From assembly GCF_009834535.1 (NCBI RefSeq), contig NC_045697.1, positions 70,930,001 to 70,994,000 on the forward strand: DNA of 64,000 nt. The letters are read 5' to 3'. The notes below the pieces were generated by a model. That model had not been told where the DNA came from. It searched no databases and saw only the letters and a list, made by a program, of their open reading frames with translations. The translations under genes were made by a program, and so were the position numbers. The stretch comes from Camelus ferus. Taxonomy: Eukaryota. This document shows, piece by piece, positions 37,890-51,355 of this stretch; position 1 is the stretch's first letter, and each line of letters opens with the position of its first letter.

Positions 37890-39095
37890 TTTATTCACTT
37901 GTCAAGTATTTTGAGTTCTTGAATATGCCAGTTAAGAGCTAGGTACATAATGCTGAGCAAAAAAGATAGCAGAGTGATGGTCAAATATTCATATACACCA
38001 TTCAGTGTATAGTAACAGAGCAAGCTCTATAAATGTTAGGGAAACTGTTTTTAGAAAGTCATAAATAAAGCAAACTGACAAGAGTTAGGGATCAGACAAG
38101 GCATCTCTGATGAAGTGACATCCAAGCGAAAATAAAAGTAGTTGAAGGAATTAAACAGGTAAAATGTCAGGGAGTTGGTACAGGGAAAGGGAAAAATTTT
38201 TTTCAAGTAGTGCAAGCATCATGTGCAAAGACCCTGTGGCAAGAGCAAGTGATTGAAATAAGAAGGTATGACTGGGTTTAGAGAACAAGAGAGAGAACAG
38301 AAAACAAATAGATAATGCACATGAAATATGTCGGGTGGTGATTAAGTATTTAGAAGAAAAATAAAGAATAAGAGGAACAGACAGCAGCCAGGCAATAAGG
38401 TAACATTTGAGCAGAGGCCTAATGAAATAAAGGCATGTGGATCACTGTGCACAGAGCTTTCTAAGCAGAGGAATTAGCCAGTTGCCTGAAGTGAGATCCT
38501 GCTTGGTGTATTTTAGGACAAAAAGAAAAGATACCACTTTAGCTGCCATGAAGCAGCTAAAGAACACTGGAAATGAGTCAGAGAAATAGTAGGGGACATA
38601 GACTACCACTCTGGGTGAAGCTAAAAATTATTGGATGAGATTTTGCTGAAGAACTTCATAATCTGGCTTACATTTTTAAGGGGTCATCCTGGCTGTTGTG
38701 TGAGGAACCAGCTGTGAGGACAGAAGTGGATACAGTCATTGGCTTAGATAGAGGGAGAGGTCAGGGATGATTCCTAAGCATCTGACCCATGAGCCTGGGG
38801 GTCAGGGGTACCATTCCTGCAGATGGACGGTACTGGAGGAGGACCAAGCTTTCTGAACAGATAGCAGGGGAATCACTGATGGAGAAGAGAGCATGAAACG
38901 AATCTTGAACATTGGACATCCCAGTAGAAATGACATCCAAGTGGAGATGCACCTGTGAGAGTCATCAGTGAGCAGAGGGTAACTGAAATTGTGTGTGTAG
39001 AATAGATTGCCTAAGGAGAGAGAATACACTGAGAAGACAGAGGGCTTAAGACCAGTCCCGAACAATACTGATGTTTAATGGTGGAAGAGAGGCGA
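37890..39095 (-). mobile_element. L2 fragments
   Basis: ttcacttgtcaagtatttt; gaagtgacat; gcatcatgtgcaaagaccctgtggcaag; tttgagcagaggcct; gtaccattcctgcagatgg; ggacatcccagtagaaatg. Confidence 0.75.
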
Positions 39096-39649
39096 ATAAT
39101 AATCATGGTAACAAAAATAATAATGCATAAACATAGGAGGAGAAGGAGGGAAAACCAGAGCTGTGCAGCACTTATCAAGTGCCTATTATATTTCAGCACA
39201 GATCTTCATGCCTCTCATGTATTAATTAATCCTGACAACAGCCCTGTCGGGTTTCTTTCACTAGCCTTATTTCAATCATTTCAGTAACTTGACTAGAGTA
39301 TAAGTTTCTGTAGCCAGCTTTCTATCAATTTTCCTCAGTCTTTTGAGATTCAAGTTGTTCTTTATTTCAGGCAATGTTTGCATTATTCATATCTTTAGAC
39401 ATTCTTTGCTGTAATTCCATATGTGCTAAGCTCTTGCTGTCTGTATCTTATCCCTATTTGTCATCCACATTTGTTTCTTCTTCCAAAATTATTGCTATAT
39501 CTTTGGAGATTTTTCTCTTTCATTTTGTACAATTAATTTCTTTAAGGCTATCCACAGATTCTCCCACTCACTAATGCTTTTATTCTGATTGCTTAAATAT
39601 GGCTTTCATCTCTGTGATTTTTTTCCCTCTTCCATTTCCTTCTTGAAAT

Positions 39650-40230
39650 TCTTCCTCCTTGAAGCATTCTCTTCTCTTGGCTTTCATGCTATCTCTCACT
39701 GTTATTTATTTTTCCTTCCTGCCTCATTGTTCCTGCTCAGAGTTCTTTTCTAGCTCTTTTTCTTCTCCCTGAGCTTGAAACCTCACCCATTTCAGTCTTC
39801 TGGCTTCTTATTTTCTCTCGCTATTGTCCTTTCCTTCAGTTCCACACATTTAAAGAACACGTATACTCCTTTAGAGTATGTCCAAACACACTAAATTTGT
39901 TTGTCCGAACCTAAATTTCCAGTCCAGTCCTCTCCACAGAGCCTCAGACTCAGCCTTTTAACAAATCCATTTCCATGTCCACTAGCCCTGCAAACCTAGA
40001 AAATTTCAAACACAGCTCTAGATTTTCTCTCTGAAATCTGCTTTTCTTCCCACCTTTCTTGGTCCTGTAAATGGTACCGCTCTCCACCCAGCTGCTCACA
40101 TCACAAATTTTGTATTTACTATAGGTGCCCATTCCCAAATCCAATCCACCATTTGGACGGCTTGGATTTGTCTCTCATGATCATGAGAAAAATCACCCTG
40201 AACGTCCACTGCTACAGATCTCATTTCCTA
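39650..40230 (+). mobile_element. L2 fragment
   Basis: cttgaagcattctcttctcttggctttcatg...gtaaatggtaccgctctccacccagctgctca...caaatccaatcc. Confidence 0.7.
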
Positions 40231-43200
40231 GCCAAATACTTTGCCCTTTGAAAAGGTGACACTATGCTTGGGGAAGGAAAAATTATTTAATTAGTAGATA
40301 AAAATGTTTTTAACCCTAGGAGGATTGAGAATTAAGGTTAGAAATGATGAAGTAAATCAAATCCACAGTATTAATATGTTTGCATTAAACTAAGAAATAA
40401 TCTTTGTACATTTTTTTATTTCATATACTTGTCAAACTTAAGAGAATTTGGTATATTAGAATTGTGAGTACAATTTAAAATATCTCATTACTAATTTATA
40501 CTTGTGATTTTAAGATGAAAAATATAAAAATATTTTATCACATAATTATGATACACTGTTTTTTATGAGTCTACATTATCAGTTTTAATAAAGAGCTTCT
40601 TAAATATGTTGTAACTTTTGGTAAGTCATAGAAATGAAATAGTTAAAAGAATTAAATATCTTAAATGTAGAAATTAAATTTAAAATATTAAAGCCCCTCA
40701 AAATTTATCAGATTTTGAAGAGAAAAATGAGATTTTAACTTAAAAAATGATTTTCAATCCTATTAATTGAAAGAGAGGAAAAGCCACCAAAAATAAATAA
40801 ATAAAAACCCTAGCTAATCCCATGTGCCTGGCACAAAGTAATTTTTCAACAAGTGTCTACTGAATGAAAGAATGGGACCACATCAATCCTAAATGCATAA
40901 TCCCCTGGAAATCGAAGCACACAATGTGACAATTTATTTAATGAAGATAGGAACACATTTTTGGGGAGTAAGTGTCAGGGGTCTGATATATTTGATTAAC
41001 TTTAACAGCAGCTATATACTCAATTACTTCCTGATATTGCTGGAGCCAAGACATCCACCAGTGCCTACCCACCTTCCCACGTGTTTGCTAGGCTTCCCTG
41101 CTCTCAGAAGGCAAATGGAACTTCACACCAGTCATACGCCCACTCTAAGAAAGCTATTCAATCATCTAGATACCTCAGTCCATGAGTCAACACTGAGATC
41201 TCATTTCTGTAACTGCACCAAAGAAAGGAACTGTGGCCTGGGTAATAAATTATAGACTCCAGAAGCCTTTCTAAAAAGGCTAATTTCCATTTTAGCAGTC
41301 AATTCAGATTACCATATTGTTGAGTTGATCAACTGCCAGAAAAATTTAACTTTTAAGCTTGGTGTAATTTCAAAGTAGATCATGCTAACACTATTCAGAA
41401 AATCTTGCAGAAGCAACCTTTGACTTTTCTCCAGGTCAATTTAAAAATAAACATGCTATCTCTAAGATTGTAAACCTAAACCTGAAATGCTCTGTAGTCA
41501 GATGATCATCTTGTGCCATTTTACAGCAGTCTCCCCTAGAACCCAGCCATTGGATCCAAGTCTCTAGTACCAATTTTACACATTGGAAATGTTTGTAGGG
41601 TAAAAATACCAAAATCTTTTCCAAGCCAGACCTGACTCTTTTTCTTCAGTAATCTGTGTTTCAATGTGTAAACTTTGTAGATGCATCTGTTTTGAGTTAC
41701 ATCAATACACCAAAAACTTATTTTAGAGCAGGAAAATTTATGCATTCCATATTTTCACAGCTTGAAAATGGCCAAATTTATCCTCTTGAATAAATGCTTT
41801 GAGGATAAAATCAAAAGAACAACTCCAAAGCAATATTTTGAGAGTTTTTTCCAGCAACAGAGAAAAAGAAGGCGCATAAAAATAGAAACATGTATATAAC
41901 ACATATATCCAGGTATCTGCCATTTATGCTGAGAAAGGGGCTATGCTACAGATAATTCCAAGTGATGTGGCCAATCAAAATGTTTATTTACTTTTGGTTG
42001 AAATACATTCCCATGCAAATATGTCTATTTAAATATGAGTGTGTTTAATATTATTGTATTCAATTCAAAGCAAATAAGGGAGTCAGGAGCGTACTGGTTG
42101 GAACCATTTAGCAGAAAGAATTTTATGGAGCATTTGTATGACTACTGGGAGGTTCTCACCATGAACATGGCATGGACATTGAGATTGCCCCTTCCCACAG
42201 CTGCTGGCAGGAAGGAGAAATGGATCTCTATGTCAGCATCCTCTTTTACCTCCTTTTGTAGGAAAGTGTGTGTCTGGGTAGACACCATCATCCATACTCC
42301 ATTTCTCACCCTACCCCAGATGACTGCAGCAGAAAAAAAATTCTAATCAAGATTTGAGAACTTGGACAAGCAGGTAGTGAGAGAGATAGAACCGTTAGAA
42401 AGGAAAGCAGAAATGTCTGACCAAGTCCTTGGTGTAGAGCTACTATGTGTTTCAGGGACAAGAAATCCCTCACATTTTCTCAGCCCAAATCCATTAATGC
42501 CAACAATTTATTAGTTCTCACTCCTGCTTCATAACACTTGGTGCTTTCTCTTGGCCATGTAAATATACTCTTTACCCACATAGCACAAAGTCAACTCTGC
42601 CTACCCCTTCCCCTGTCTCTATAGATATGTCCCACTTACATCATTGATATTACATTGGGAAGATCAACTGGGAAATCTGGAAAGCTCTTCCGTTTCCTGA
42701 TTTTGTTGTTTTAGAAGGTAATCTAATTCAAGCTAATAATTAACTTACTGAGAGCTACTAAGATTTTGTATCTTTAATTTAAAAAACAGTCCTGAAAAGG
42801 GGAAGTAGTTTCAAAGATCTTTTCTTGCATAACAAGTAAACAAAATCTTAAAATGTCAATGAGGAAGAAAAAAATACAGGCAACATCAATAAATCACACT
42901 TATCATCAAGCACCTGGGCAGAGAGGGTTAGGGCAATACACTTGAAAGCAAGATTTGCCAGGTGTTGGCTGAAACATAGTTAATCTCTTTGAGAATAATT
43001 AAGGGAACATTCTGTAGATGGCCATGTACTTTCTGGATTATAAGCATGAAATGTTCACATGAACAGCTCCTTCTATTCTGTCTCCTTTCCTGCTAAAATT
43101 TTGTACTTTCTGGGCTCCTGGCCCCATCTATATACATTTTATCTTTCACAAATCCTTCACTAACCTCTTTCCAAAATGTATACTCATTTTCTATGTGTGC

Positions 43201-45270
43201 CACTTTTGAAATTTTTACTTTTCTTCTTTCTTTTTATTTCTTTCCCTTTACAGAGCCAAATATTAACCCAACCCTGGTTGATAAACCTGGGGCATGGACC
43301 TCAATTAAGAAAAAAAAAATGCAATAATTTTCCCACAGATTGGGAGACAATAAAGAATTGCCACATTCAAAGTACAAATTCCTGTACTTTGAAGTTAGAA
43401 ATTCCTTAACAAACTCCTACAAAGCATTGCATTACTGTTATTGTTTTTTAATTATTTTTCAAGAATCTATTTTTAATAATAAAATAAATTAATTTTAGTA
43501 TTATTTTAAATTTGTTTAATTCCTAGTGTGGTAATTATACTTTGGGTATTATGTTTCATTATAGATGTGTAATTTTCCAGTCATATTATGAATTAAATAG
43601 GTTTTGAGTATTGAGTTATTTATAATATTACACATATAAAAAAGAATATTATAAACAACTAATGTCAAATTTCAAACACAATATTTTTTAAACTGAGTTG
43701 TGCCTAAGCAGATATTTGCAGAACATATAACCATCTGTATGTCAGAATTTCTTAGTATAATCCATTCTTGCTAAGTTTTCCCTTTCATTATGCCAGCTGT
43801 AAAATTTTAAAAAATGTTATGAACTCAGCAATTACCATCATATAGAAAATAAAGCTGTGAGTGAGGGGTCCAATCAATCTAACATACATGTTCCAACTTC
43901 CTTGCACATACAGAGATCGACTAGGATACAGAACAGCCAACTTCCCTGATTTCAGTACCTGAAAAGAAGCCACTGCAAGCTTCATTAGCAGAAAAAGCAG
44001 TCTTTTTCATTTCCCTGAGTTTAAAAACTTCTCACAGAAACTTCGGCAGATTCTGAAATGAAAACCCACAATTATTTATCTCTGAAACTAATTTTTATGT
44101 GCATGAAAATATGTTCCAGAAGTACTGCCAATGACTTTTCATTGACTGAGCAGAACTTGCTCCTTTAAATCCCTAGGGATTAAGTGTCCATATATAGCCC
44201 CACAGCAACTAGGCTTGCCTGCACAGTGTGACGGTTTTATAGAGTTTAGGAGCAGTATGAAGTAGACCCAGTGCTCTTTCATTTTAAACCTTTTCAGAAT
44301 ATAGTTTTTATGGCTCACCAGTCAAAAATTAAGATAAATTATGCATTTGGACATTTGACGTATTTTTCTTATGGCCTTATAGCCAACTGATTTTTCTCAA
44401 ATTATCTATGCCCCAGTGATTTCATTCTTAACTAATCTTTGTTTTATGAGGAAGAGTTTAGGTTTAATTTCCAGGTAAATAATTCCAAAATCATTTTCTC
44501 CAACTATAAGTCTCTAAACTCTCTCTTCCAAACTTGTTTATTCTTTAGAAATTGTTTATTTAAAAAAAATTGTATCTTCAGAATGGAATAAATTTTTATC
44601 CAGTAGTTAGTATGACTCATCAGTTGAACAAATATTAACTGAATACCTATTCTTTGCCAGATATCTCACCCAGATAAAGAAATTAACTTGTTACTGAGCC
44701 ATTAGATTTGATAATATTGAAAACCTGATTCAGTTAGCCAATATTGATCAAGTTCCTCAATCAAAGTACTCTTGACAGAAGCCACAATATATGTGAATGT
44801 ATGGAAAAATGAGAAAGAAAGGCAAGTATTTCAGAGCATACTGGGTGTATATTGGGGAGCAATAAGATGCGAAGACTGACAGTCCAGCAATCTGGACCTG
44901 CTAAGCAATGCTGGCCTTAGTCTCAGCATAAATACTGAGAATTGATTGATAGTTTTTTGGTTTTTTTGTATATGTTATTTGCAGCTGATGAATAGGCAGG
45001 CCCAGAACCAGTGCACCTATGAGTCAGGGGTTGAGAGTAGGTCTACATATAGCATTGAAAAAAAAAATTGGAAAGACTAAGGAGAATTTCTCACCCAAGA
45101 CTGATTCTTCACTCATTAGTAATATCAAAATCAGCATCAAAGTTCCATAAGGCATTTTGATAGACCTGAAAGCCTGAAGCAATTTCTAGGAACACATGGG
45201 TTTATGTCCTACTTTGTGCAATCATCTCATTCAGTTTTTTTTAATTCTTTGTCCATTGAGGAAATACTAC

Positions 45271-45460
45271 TTTTTTTTTAACTTTTTTTTTTATTGAGTT
45301 ATAGTCATTTTACAATGTTGTGTCAAATTCCAGTGTAGAACACAATTTTTCAGTTATACATGAACATACATATATTCATTGTCACACTTTTTTTCGCTGT
45401 GAGCTACCACAAGATCTTGTATATATTTCCCTGCGCTATACAGTATAATCTTGTTTATCT
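45271..45460 (-). mobile_element. Young camelid-type L1 3' tail
   Basis: Poly(T) then ttattgagttatagtcattttacaatgttgtgtcaaattccagtgtag...gtgagctaccacaagatcttgtatatatttccctgcgctatacag; TSD-like flanks atactac / atactat. Confidence 0.85.
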
Positions 45461-45589
45461 ATACTATATAACTTTTAATTGTGTATTAGCATCTGTCTAC
45501 TGCAATGCCCATGCACCTATAGATCCTGGATTTATGTTTTATAGGTGATATAAATCTCAAGATAGGTTTAATTAGGGGAGTTATAGTTC

Positions 45590-45810
45590 ACTCTGGAAGT
45601 GATGTTTAGGGTGAATGCAAAAAGATTAAGGCAGAGACTTTTACTAGCTAGCCCTTGGTGATGATTCAGGAGTAGAAGATTAGGGCTTGAACTAAAGGTT
45701 ATGGCACTCAGAATGGAGAGGAAGGGAGAGATTTAAGAGATATGTATAGTTTCAGGTCTTGGTAACAGATAGATGTAAGGGATGGAAGAGAAAATGATGA
45801 CTTCTGGAGA
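45590..45810 (-). mobile_element. L2 fragment
   Basis: gggcttgaactaaagg...gaatggagaggaagggagagatttaagagata...cttggtaacagatagatgt. Confidence 0.7.
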
Positions 45811-45811
45811 C

Positions 45812-47760
45812 TTTACTTCTAATTAAAGATATTAACCAGCATCAAACCAAATTCACACCAAAAATAAGAAGAAAAGCTAGATTTAAAAAATGAAAAAATT
45901 CATTTGAAGACATGAGGGAGCTACTGAGCAGCCAGAACTTGAGGTGATCAAGGTCCCAGAAGAAAGGAAAATGCATTGAGATGAGTCAAATATTCTGGTT
46001 AATGTCCCTTTAAATGCATTTGCCGTTCATAAGTAGACTGGAGCCAAGACTCTCATAAGCCAAACAGAAAGAGATAGAGAAGCTAAACAGAGTGAATGTC
46101 ACTCTCATAAATACTAGAGAGACACAGAGTTCAAGATCCACTGAGGTGAAGTAGGACTAGAAACATCATAAATTTTCTACTGGGACTCCTAAAAGACCAT
46201 GCAATGGAAGTAAAGATGAACTGGAAATAGATCAAAGCTTACAGAATAAAATGTGTGTTTGATCACCATGATAAGAAGGATTAATCTAGATGAATTACAT
46301 AATATGCCCCTTATCAAACTACCTGTCAAAAGCAAAATTAAGCTGAAGGAAAAGTATCATTCAGAATCTTTCCAATTATTTATACACAGTATTTGGCAGT
46401 CTATAAATTATTACCATGCATACCATAACACAGAACCAACTGATTAAAAACTTTAAAATAACTATGATTGATATATTAGAGATTATCAGAAAAAAAAACC
46501 CTAAGTTCAGTAGAAATCAAATAAAAACTTAAGAACTGGAAAACAAAATAACTGAAATAAAAATTTCAACAGATGGTTTAAATAGCATGTTAGACCAAAT
46601 GAAGAGAAGATTAGTAAGTTGGTGGTTATGTCAGTAAAAAAATATTCACAAATGAAACACAGAAAAATTGATAGCAAAACAGAAATGAGAACAAGAGACA
46701 CATAGGTCTAACGTATTTGTAATTGGAATCTCAGAATGAGAGGAATGACAGACATGGCAGAAATAAAATTTGAAGAAATAATCCTGAAATTTTCCCCCAA
46801 ATGATAAGACATTAAGCCACAGATTCATAAAATTCTGAGTCCCAAGTTTAATAAATACAGGGGAAACTATATCAAGAACAATCAAAATAAAGCTGCTCAG
46901 AGCCAAGACAAAAAGATCTTAAAGCAATAAGAAAACAAAGAAAGATTTATTAAGAAAACAAAGATTTATTACATTCACAGACACAGCAGTATGACTGAGA
47001 GCTGACATCGCCACAGACACCATAGAAGTCAGATAATGATAGAATGATACCTTCAAACTGCTGAAAGAAAATAACTGCCAACCTAGAATTTCATACCCAA
47101 GAAAAATATCCTTCAAAAACAAAGGCAAAATACGTTTCAAACCAACAGATGAATGTTGTAATACCCAGAGTAGCAAAGAAGTAATACATAGAGGGAAAAA
47201 ATAAAATAATTTAAAAAATCAATTGATCAAAAAAAGATAAGAAATGAGAAAAAGGGAATATAGAAGAAGTTGGAAAATAAAGAGACAAATAGTAAGATTA
47301 TGGAGTAAATACAAATATATCAGTAATTACATTAAATGTAAATGAACTAAGCATTTAAATTAAAAGTTATCACACTGATTGCAAAAAATAAAATCAAAAT
47401 ATATATTGTTTTTAAAAGAAACATTTCTATATTAGGACACAGAAATATTGAAAACAAAGGATAAAAAAGGTGTCATGAAAAACACTAACAAAAAGTAACC
47501 AGTTCTAGCTATACTAGTGCCAGATGAAGTCACCTTGAAGGTAAAAATCTACAGCAAAGGTAGAGATGGATATTTCATAATGATAAAAGTTTCACTTCAC
47601 TAGGAAGATAAAGCAATTCTAAATTAAAACATGTAAAGCAAATCTGAAGCTAAGGAGGAATCTATCAATTCTAAAAGGAGAAATATACAAATCCACAACT
47701 CTATGGAAATTTTTAATATACATCTCCTATTAACAGATCTTATAATTAGACAAAAAAAAA
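45812..47760 (+). mobile_element. Old L1 (L1ME/L1M5-like) 5'UTR, ORF1 and endonuclease start
   Basis: ORF1 motif caacctagaatttcatacccaagaaaaatatccttcaaa (QPRISYPRKISFK); endonuclease start atatcagtaattacattaaatgtaaatg (ISVITLNVN). Confidence 0.85.
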
Positions 47761-47761
47761 A

Positions 47762-48010
47762 TTGGCATTGTTTCGCATTTTTGCAAATCCCTTTAATGCT
47801 TTAAATCTCTTTAAAGCTTTGTATAATACAAAACAGCTAGATTACCAGATCTACTTTACTTCTGCATTCCATTTGATGTACTATCACATATTAAGTATGT
47901 CTGGAAAACTCCAATGTTTACTCATGAAAGAATGAGAGTAAAAGAGGGCCATCTGAATGGAATTTTAAGAATCCTCAGCACTCTTTGGACCACACCTTGA
48001 AAGCTACTAC
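47762..48010 (-). mobile_element. hAT-Charlie non-autonomous element (MER119/MER113-like)
   Basis: ggcattgtttcgcatttttgcaaatccctttaatg...ctggaaaactcca...agaatgagagt...ggaccacaccttga. Confidence 0.7.
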
Positions 48011-48014
48011 TTTA

Positions 48015-48305
48015 GATATTTTAATTCTTTATGCTATTATAAATAGTTTTGTTTTCTAAAATTTAATTTCTAATTGTTGTTTCCTTATATATGGAAATAG
48101 AATTGATTTGTGCATATTGACTTTTATCTTGTGACCTTGCTAAATTTACTTAATAACCTTAGGACTTTATTTGTAGGTAATTTAGGGTTTTCTACACATA
48201 ACCAATTGTATCATGAGTGAAAAATGATAGTTTTATTTCCTTCTTTCCAAGTATGTTTACCTTTTGTTTCTTTTTCTTCCTTTATTGCAAGGTTGGGACC
48301 TCCAC
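48015..48305 (-). mobile_element. L1 ORF2 (reverse transcriptase region) fragment
   Basis: aattgatttgtgcatattgac...gaccttgctaaattt...gatagttttatttccttctttcca. Confidence 0.8.
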
Positions 48306-50094
48306 CCTGAACTTCTGAGGTTGTGAGAATGTTCTACTTCTTTATCTGGATGGCATGCCCAAGTGTCTTCATTTTGTGGTAATTCACCAAGCAGTAAGCT
48401 TGGTGCAGAGTCACTGATTAATGTTTTCTACTAGCCAAAGAAAACTCAGTGCTGTGAAACAATTCAGCATAATGTTTCCATGGTTCTACAGGTTTCATAC
48501 TACATTTGATTTTCCTTTGAGATTTTCCTAGCCAACCTATGTCTTGAGATGCACATTAAACAGTTAAAATTTGGATAATAAAGTAATCATTGCTTCCAGA
48601 GAAAGCATTAGGCATGCTCATGAATTATTTAGTTTTATAATTTCAACTTCCTTTGCCTGCACACGTGTGCCAGAAAAAACACCCATTTAGGTTGATGCCA
48701 ACTAGATTTCTTTTTTTAATTTTCACTTGAGAGTGCCGACCACTTCAGCAGGATTTGGATCAATTTGCTTTGCCAAGTAATTCGAGTGGTCCTGCTGACC
48801 AGTCCTTTGACCTGGCCTGGGCAAGGTTAATGACAGAGGAGCGTTAAGGTAACTGATGGGTTTCCTTCTGCTGGGCCCCGGGGCCCTTCCATTACTTTCT
48901 TTTCTCCCAATCCCCATAACTGCCTCTGATGGCACAGGAGAAATGTCTGGATTCTCCCTGTTAAAAGGAAGATTAGCAGGTTTTACACAGTTCCTCATGA
49001 TCTAATTGAAAGGGTGGAAGTGATATCATCAGAATAGCAAGAAATCCATTCAGAAAAGAGTTATTCTGGAGATTAGCAGACGATTACTGTTTGTCATTAC
49101 TTGGGATAGGAAATACTTTGAAACATATACATTCAAAATTTATCCTTAACATTATTCTGTTCATGTAACCCAAATTTCCTGTAGTAATATAGATATTGAT
49201 TCTTTGTTTTTTTTTTTTTTTTTGCCCCAAACATTTCCCTAGGCAATAAGGTTGCTTATGGAAATTTTTATTGTTGAGGAAAATTAGAAGTGACCTCCCA
49301 GGCCTCAACATAAGGGAGGTGGCCGGAGGGTGAGCACAGAGCAGACCTGCCTGGCTCTCCTCGGGGAGTTCCTCTTTTCAAGCTTCTCTTAAGAGTTCTC
49401 CCCGTTATCTTTGTCCTAATTTCTCAAAGAAATTAAGACTAAAGAAGACTTAGCTTCTTCTCTGGAGAGAATGGTACTTGTGATTTTTATAAATGCATTT
49501 CTTAAATAATACATCTAGCTTTTTTCCCCCATATAAAGTCCATTTTAAGGAAAACCCCTAGGTCTGCTAAAGGTAAATAAGGAAGCTCTGTTCTGCATCC
49601 AGTCAATCCTGGCAGCTCCAGAACAAATCCTAGCAGGGATGAAACAGGAAAAGAGGAGACGCTGAATTCTGGAAAATGGAAACTCATTTCCTCGTTCCAC
49701 GCTCCGTCAGGATGCATTATACGTCTTTTACAGCAGCTGACTACAACCAGGGGATGAGTGGCCTGAGGAACTCAAGGAAGCTTCTAATGAATCCCCCACA
49801 TCAACGGGTTCGCTTGCTTCTCTCTCCATTGACAATCCTCAAATCCTCTTTCCAAATTATAAAATGTCTTTAAAATGTGGAACGTCTAACTCTCTCTCCA
49901 AGAGTCCAACTGACACCTGGGATTAAGGTCAGATATATCATGGGGCCTCTTGGTGTAAAGATAAAATGACTCTTTGAACTGAAATAATGGATTTAAAGCG
50001 CTGAGGCAGAACACAGCTTCATCCAAACCCCCAGTGACATATTTATAGAACCAGGTCTGGCTGGAAACAAGGTGAAAGAAACAGTAACTCTAAT

Positions 50095-50380
50095 TGCAGC
50101 CAGCCAAATGAACAAGCTGATTGGCTGAATACTGGCCAAGTTCTTACCAATAAAAATACCGCAGCATTGCTACCCAAAAAGGGGTGTGGGGACAAACGGC
50201 CAGAGGTAACCGTTACATAAGCCAGAGCTCACCCTGCCAATTAGCCAGAAACCGTTGCTGCATCTCTTCTGGCCACAATTATTGTGACAGGGCACTTGCA
50301 ACCTCTTTGGCTGTTTAAGGACTGTACCAGATGAAGACGGTTCTTCTGTGGGGCAAGAGAATCCACCTTTAGGCCAAAAC
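50095..50380. promoter_or_regulatory. Candidate promoter/enhancer (NF-Y, MYB, KLF, D-box and NFI motifs)
   Basis: Motif density in sequence where I recognise no repeat; motif evidence only, no activity data. Confidence 0.35.
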
Positions 50381-51183
50381 AGCTTGTGGGGTCAGCTTCT
50401 TGGGATGGCGAACCTGACCATCCATTGACAGTAGTTTCAGCAAGAAAGTAAGAGCGTATCAGAGAGCTCAGGCAAATGACCTTTTACAAATTGCTGCAGC
50501 TTTTTCAGAAGAGCAAGGGTAGTAAAAGCAAAGAAATGTGCCTTGGCGTGCAAAAAGGAAGGAAGGAGAGGAAGGCCCATCGAATTACCTCATTTTCTTT
50601 ATTTAAAGATGCTCACCCTCTGATTAGCTTTGAGCTCAGCAGCAGTTCCCTGAGGACTGTCTTCCACAAGCAAAGTGAAGCAAAGCACAGAGGGCAATTA
50701 TGCAGGTAAATCAGACAAAGCCTTCCCTTGATCTTGACGCCCTGGAAAACATGGGTGTGTGGATGGAATCATCCAGGTAAGAACTCCTGCGGTCGTCACC
50801 GGTCACCGCTCAATCAGGCTACACTAGTTTCGGAGCCCTGCCACCACCTTGGTGCTGTCTGTCCTCATTTCCTTCCTGATTCCCAGCCATAGGCTCCCTC
50901 TTAGAAGTCTATTTCCTTTTTTCCTGGATTTTTCCCTTCCCCACCCCTCCCACACACCTACACTCACAAGGTGGCACCCACAGTCCATTCAACTGCCCCT
51001 ATCTAAGTTCTCCTTCTAATATATGAATTCAATCTTACCATTCACCTGTGCAAAATCCTTGAGGACTACTCTGTTACCTTTGTTTTAAGTCTGAGCTTGG
51101 TACGGTGAACTCCATCTACTTTATAAGCCTTATCTCTACTCATCCCCACAAGTTCTGCAGTCCAGATAGAGGGTAATTGATAA

Positions 51184-51345
51184 CGGTTGTTCTCAACATG
51201 AACAGAACCTTCTAATGATGAAGGGAGCTCCAAAAAATTCCAAGGCCCAGATAGAATTCCAAACGGCTTAAATGGGAATTTCTAGGAATGAAACTCAAGT
51301 ATCTTTAAATTTTTTTCCTGTGGTTACAAGTTTGAAAACCAGTAC
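51184..51345. mobile_element. MER5B-like hAT element
   Basis: cggttgttctcaac...gggagctccaaaaaattccaaggcccag...caagtttgaaaaccagt. Confidence 0.55.
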
Positions 51346-51355
51346 ATTATACCAC

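Noticed and set aside
40340..40810. Very AT-rich blocks (also ~43420-43700) as matrix-attachment regions or foreign DNA
   Set aside because: No periodicity, ORF or terminal repeats; base composition alone is not evidence.
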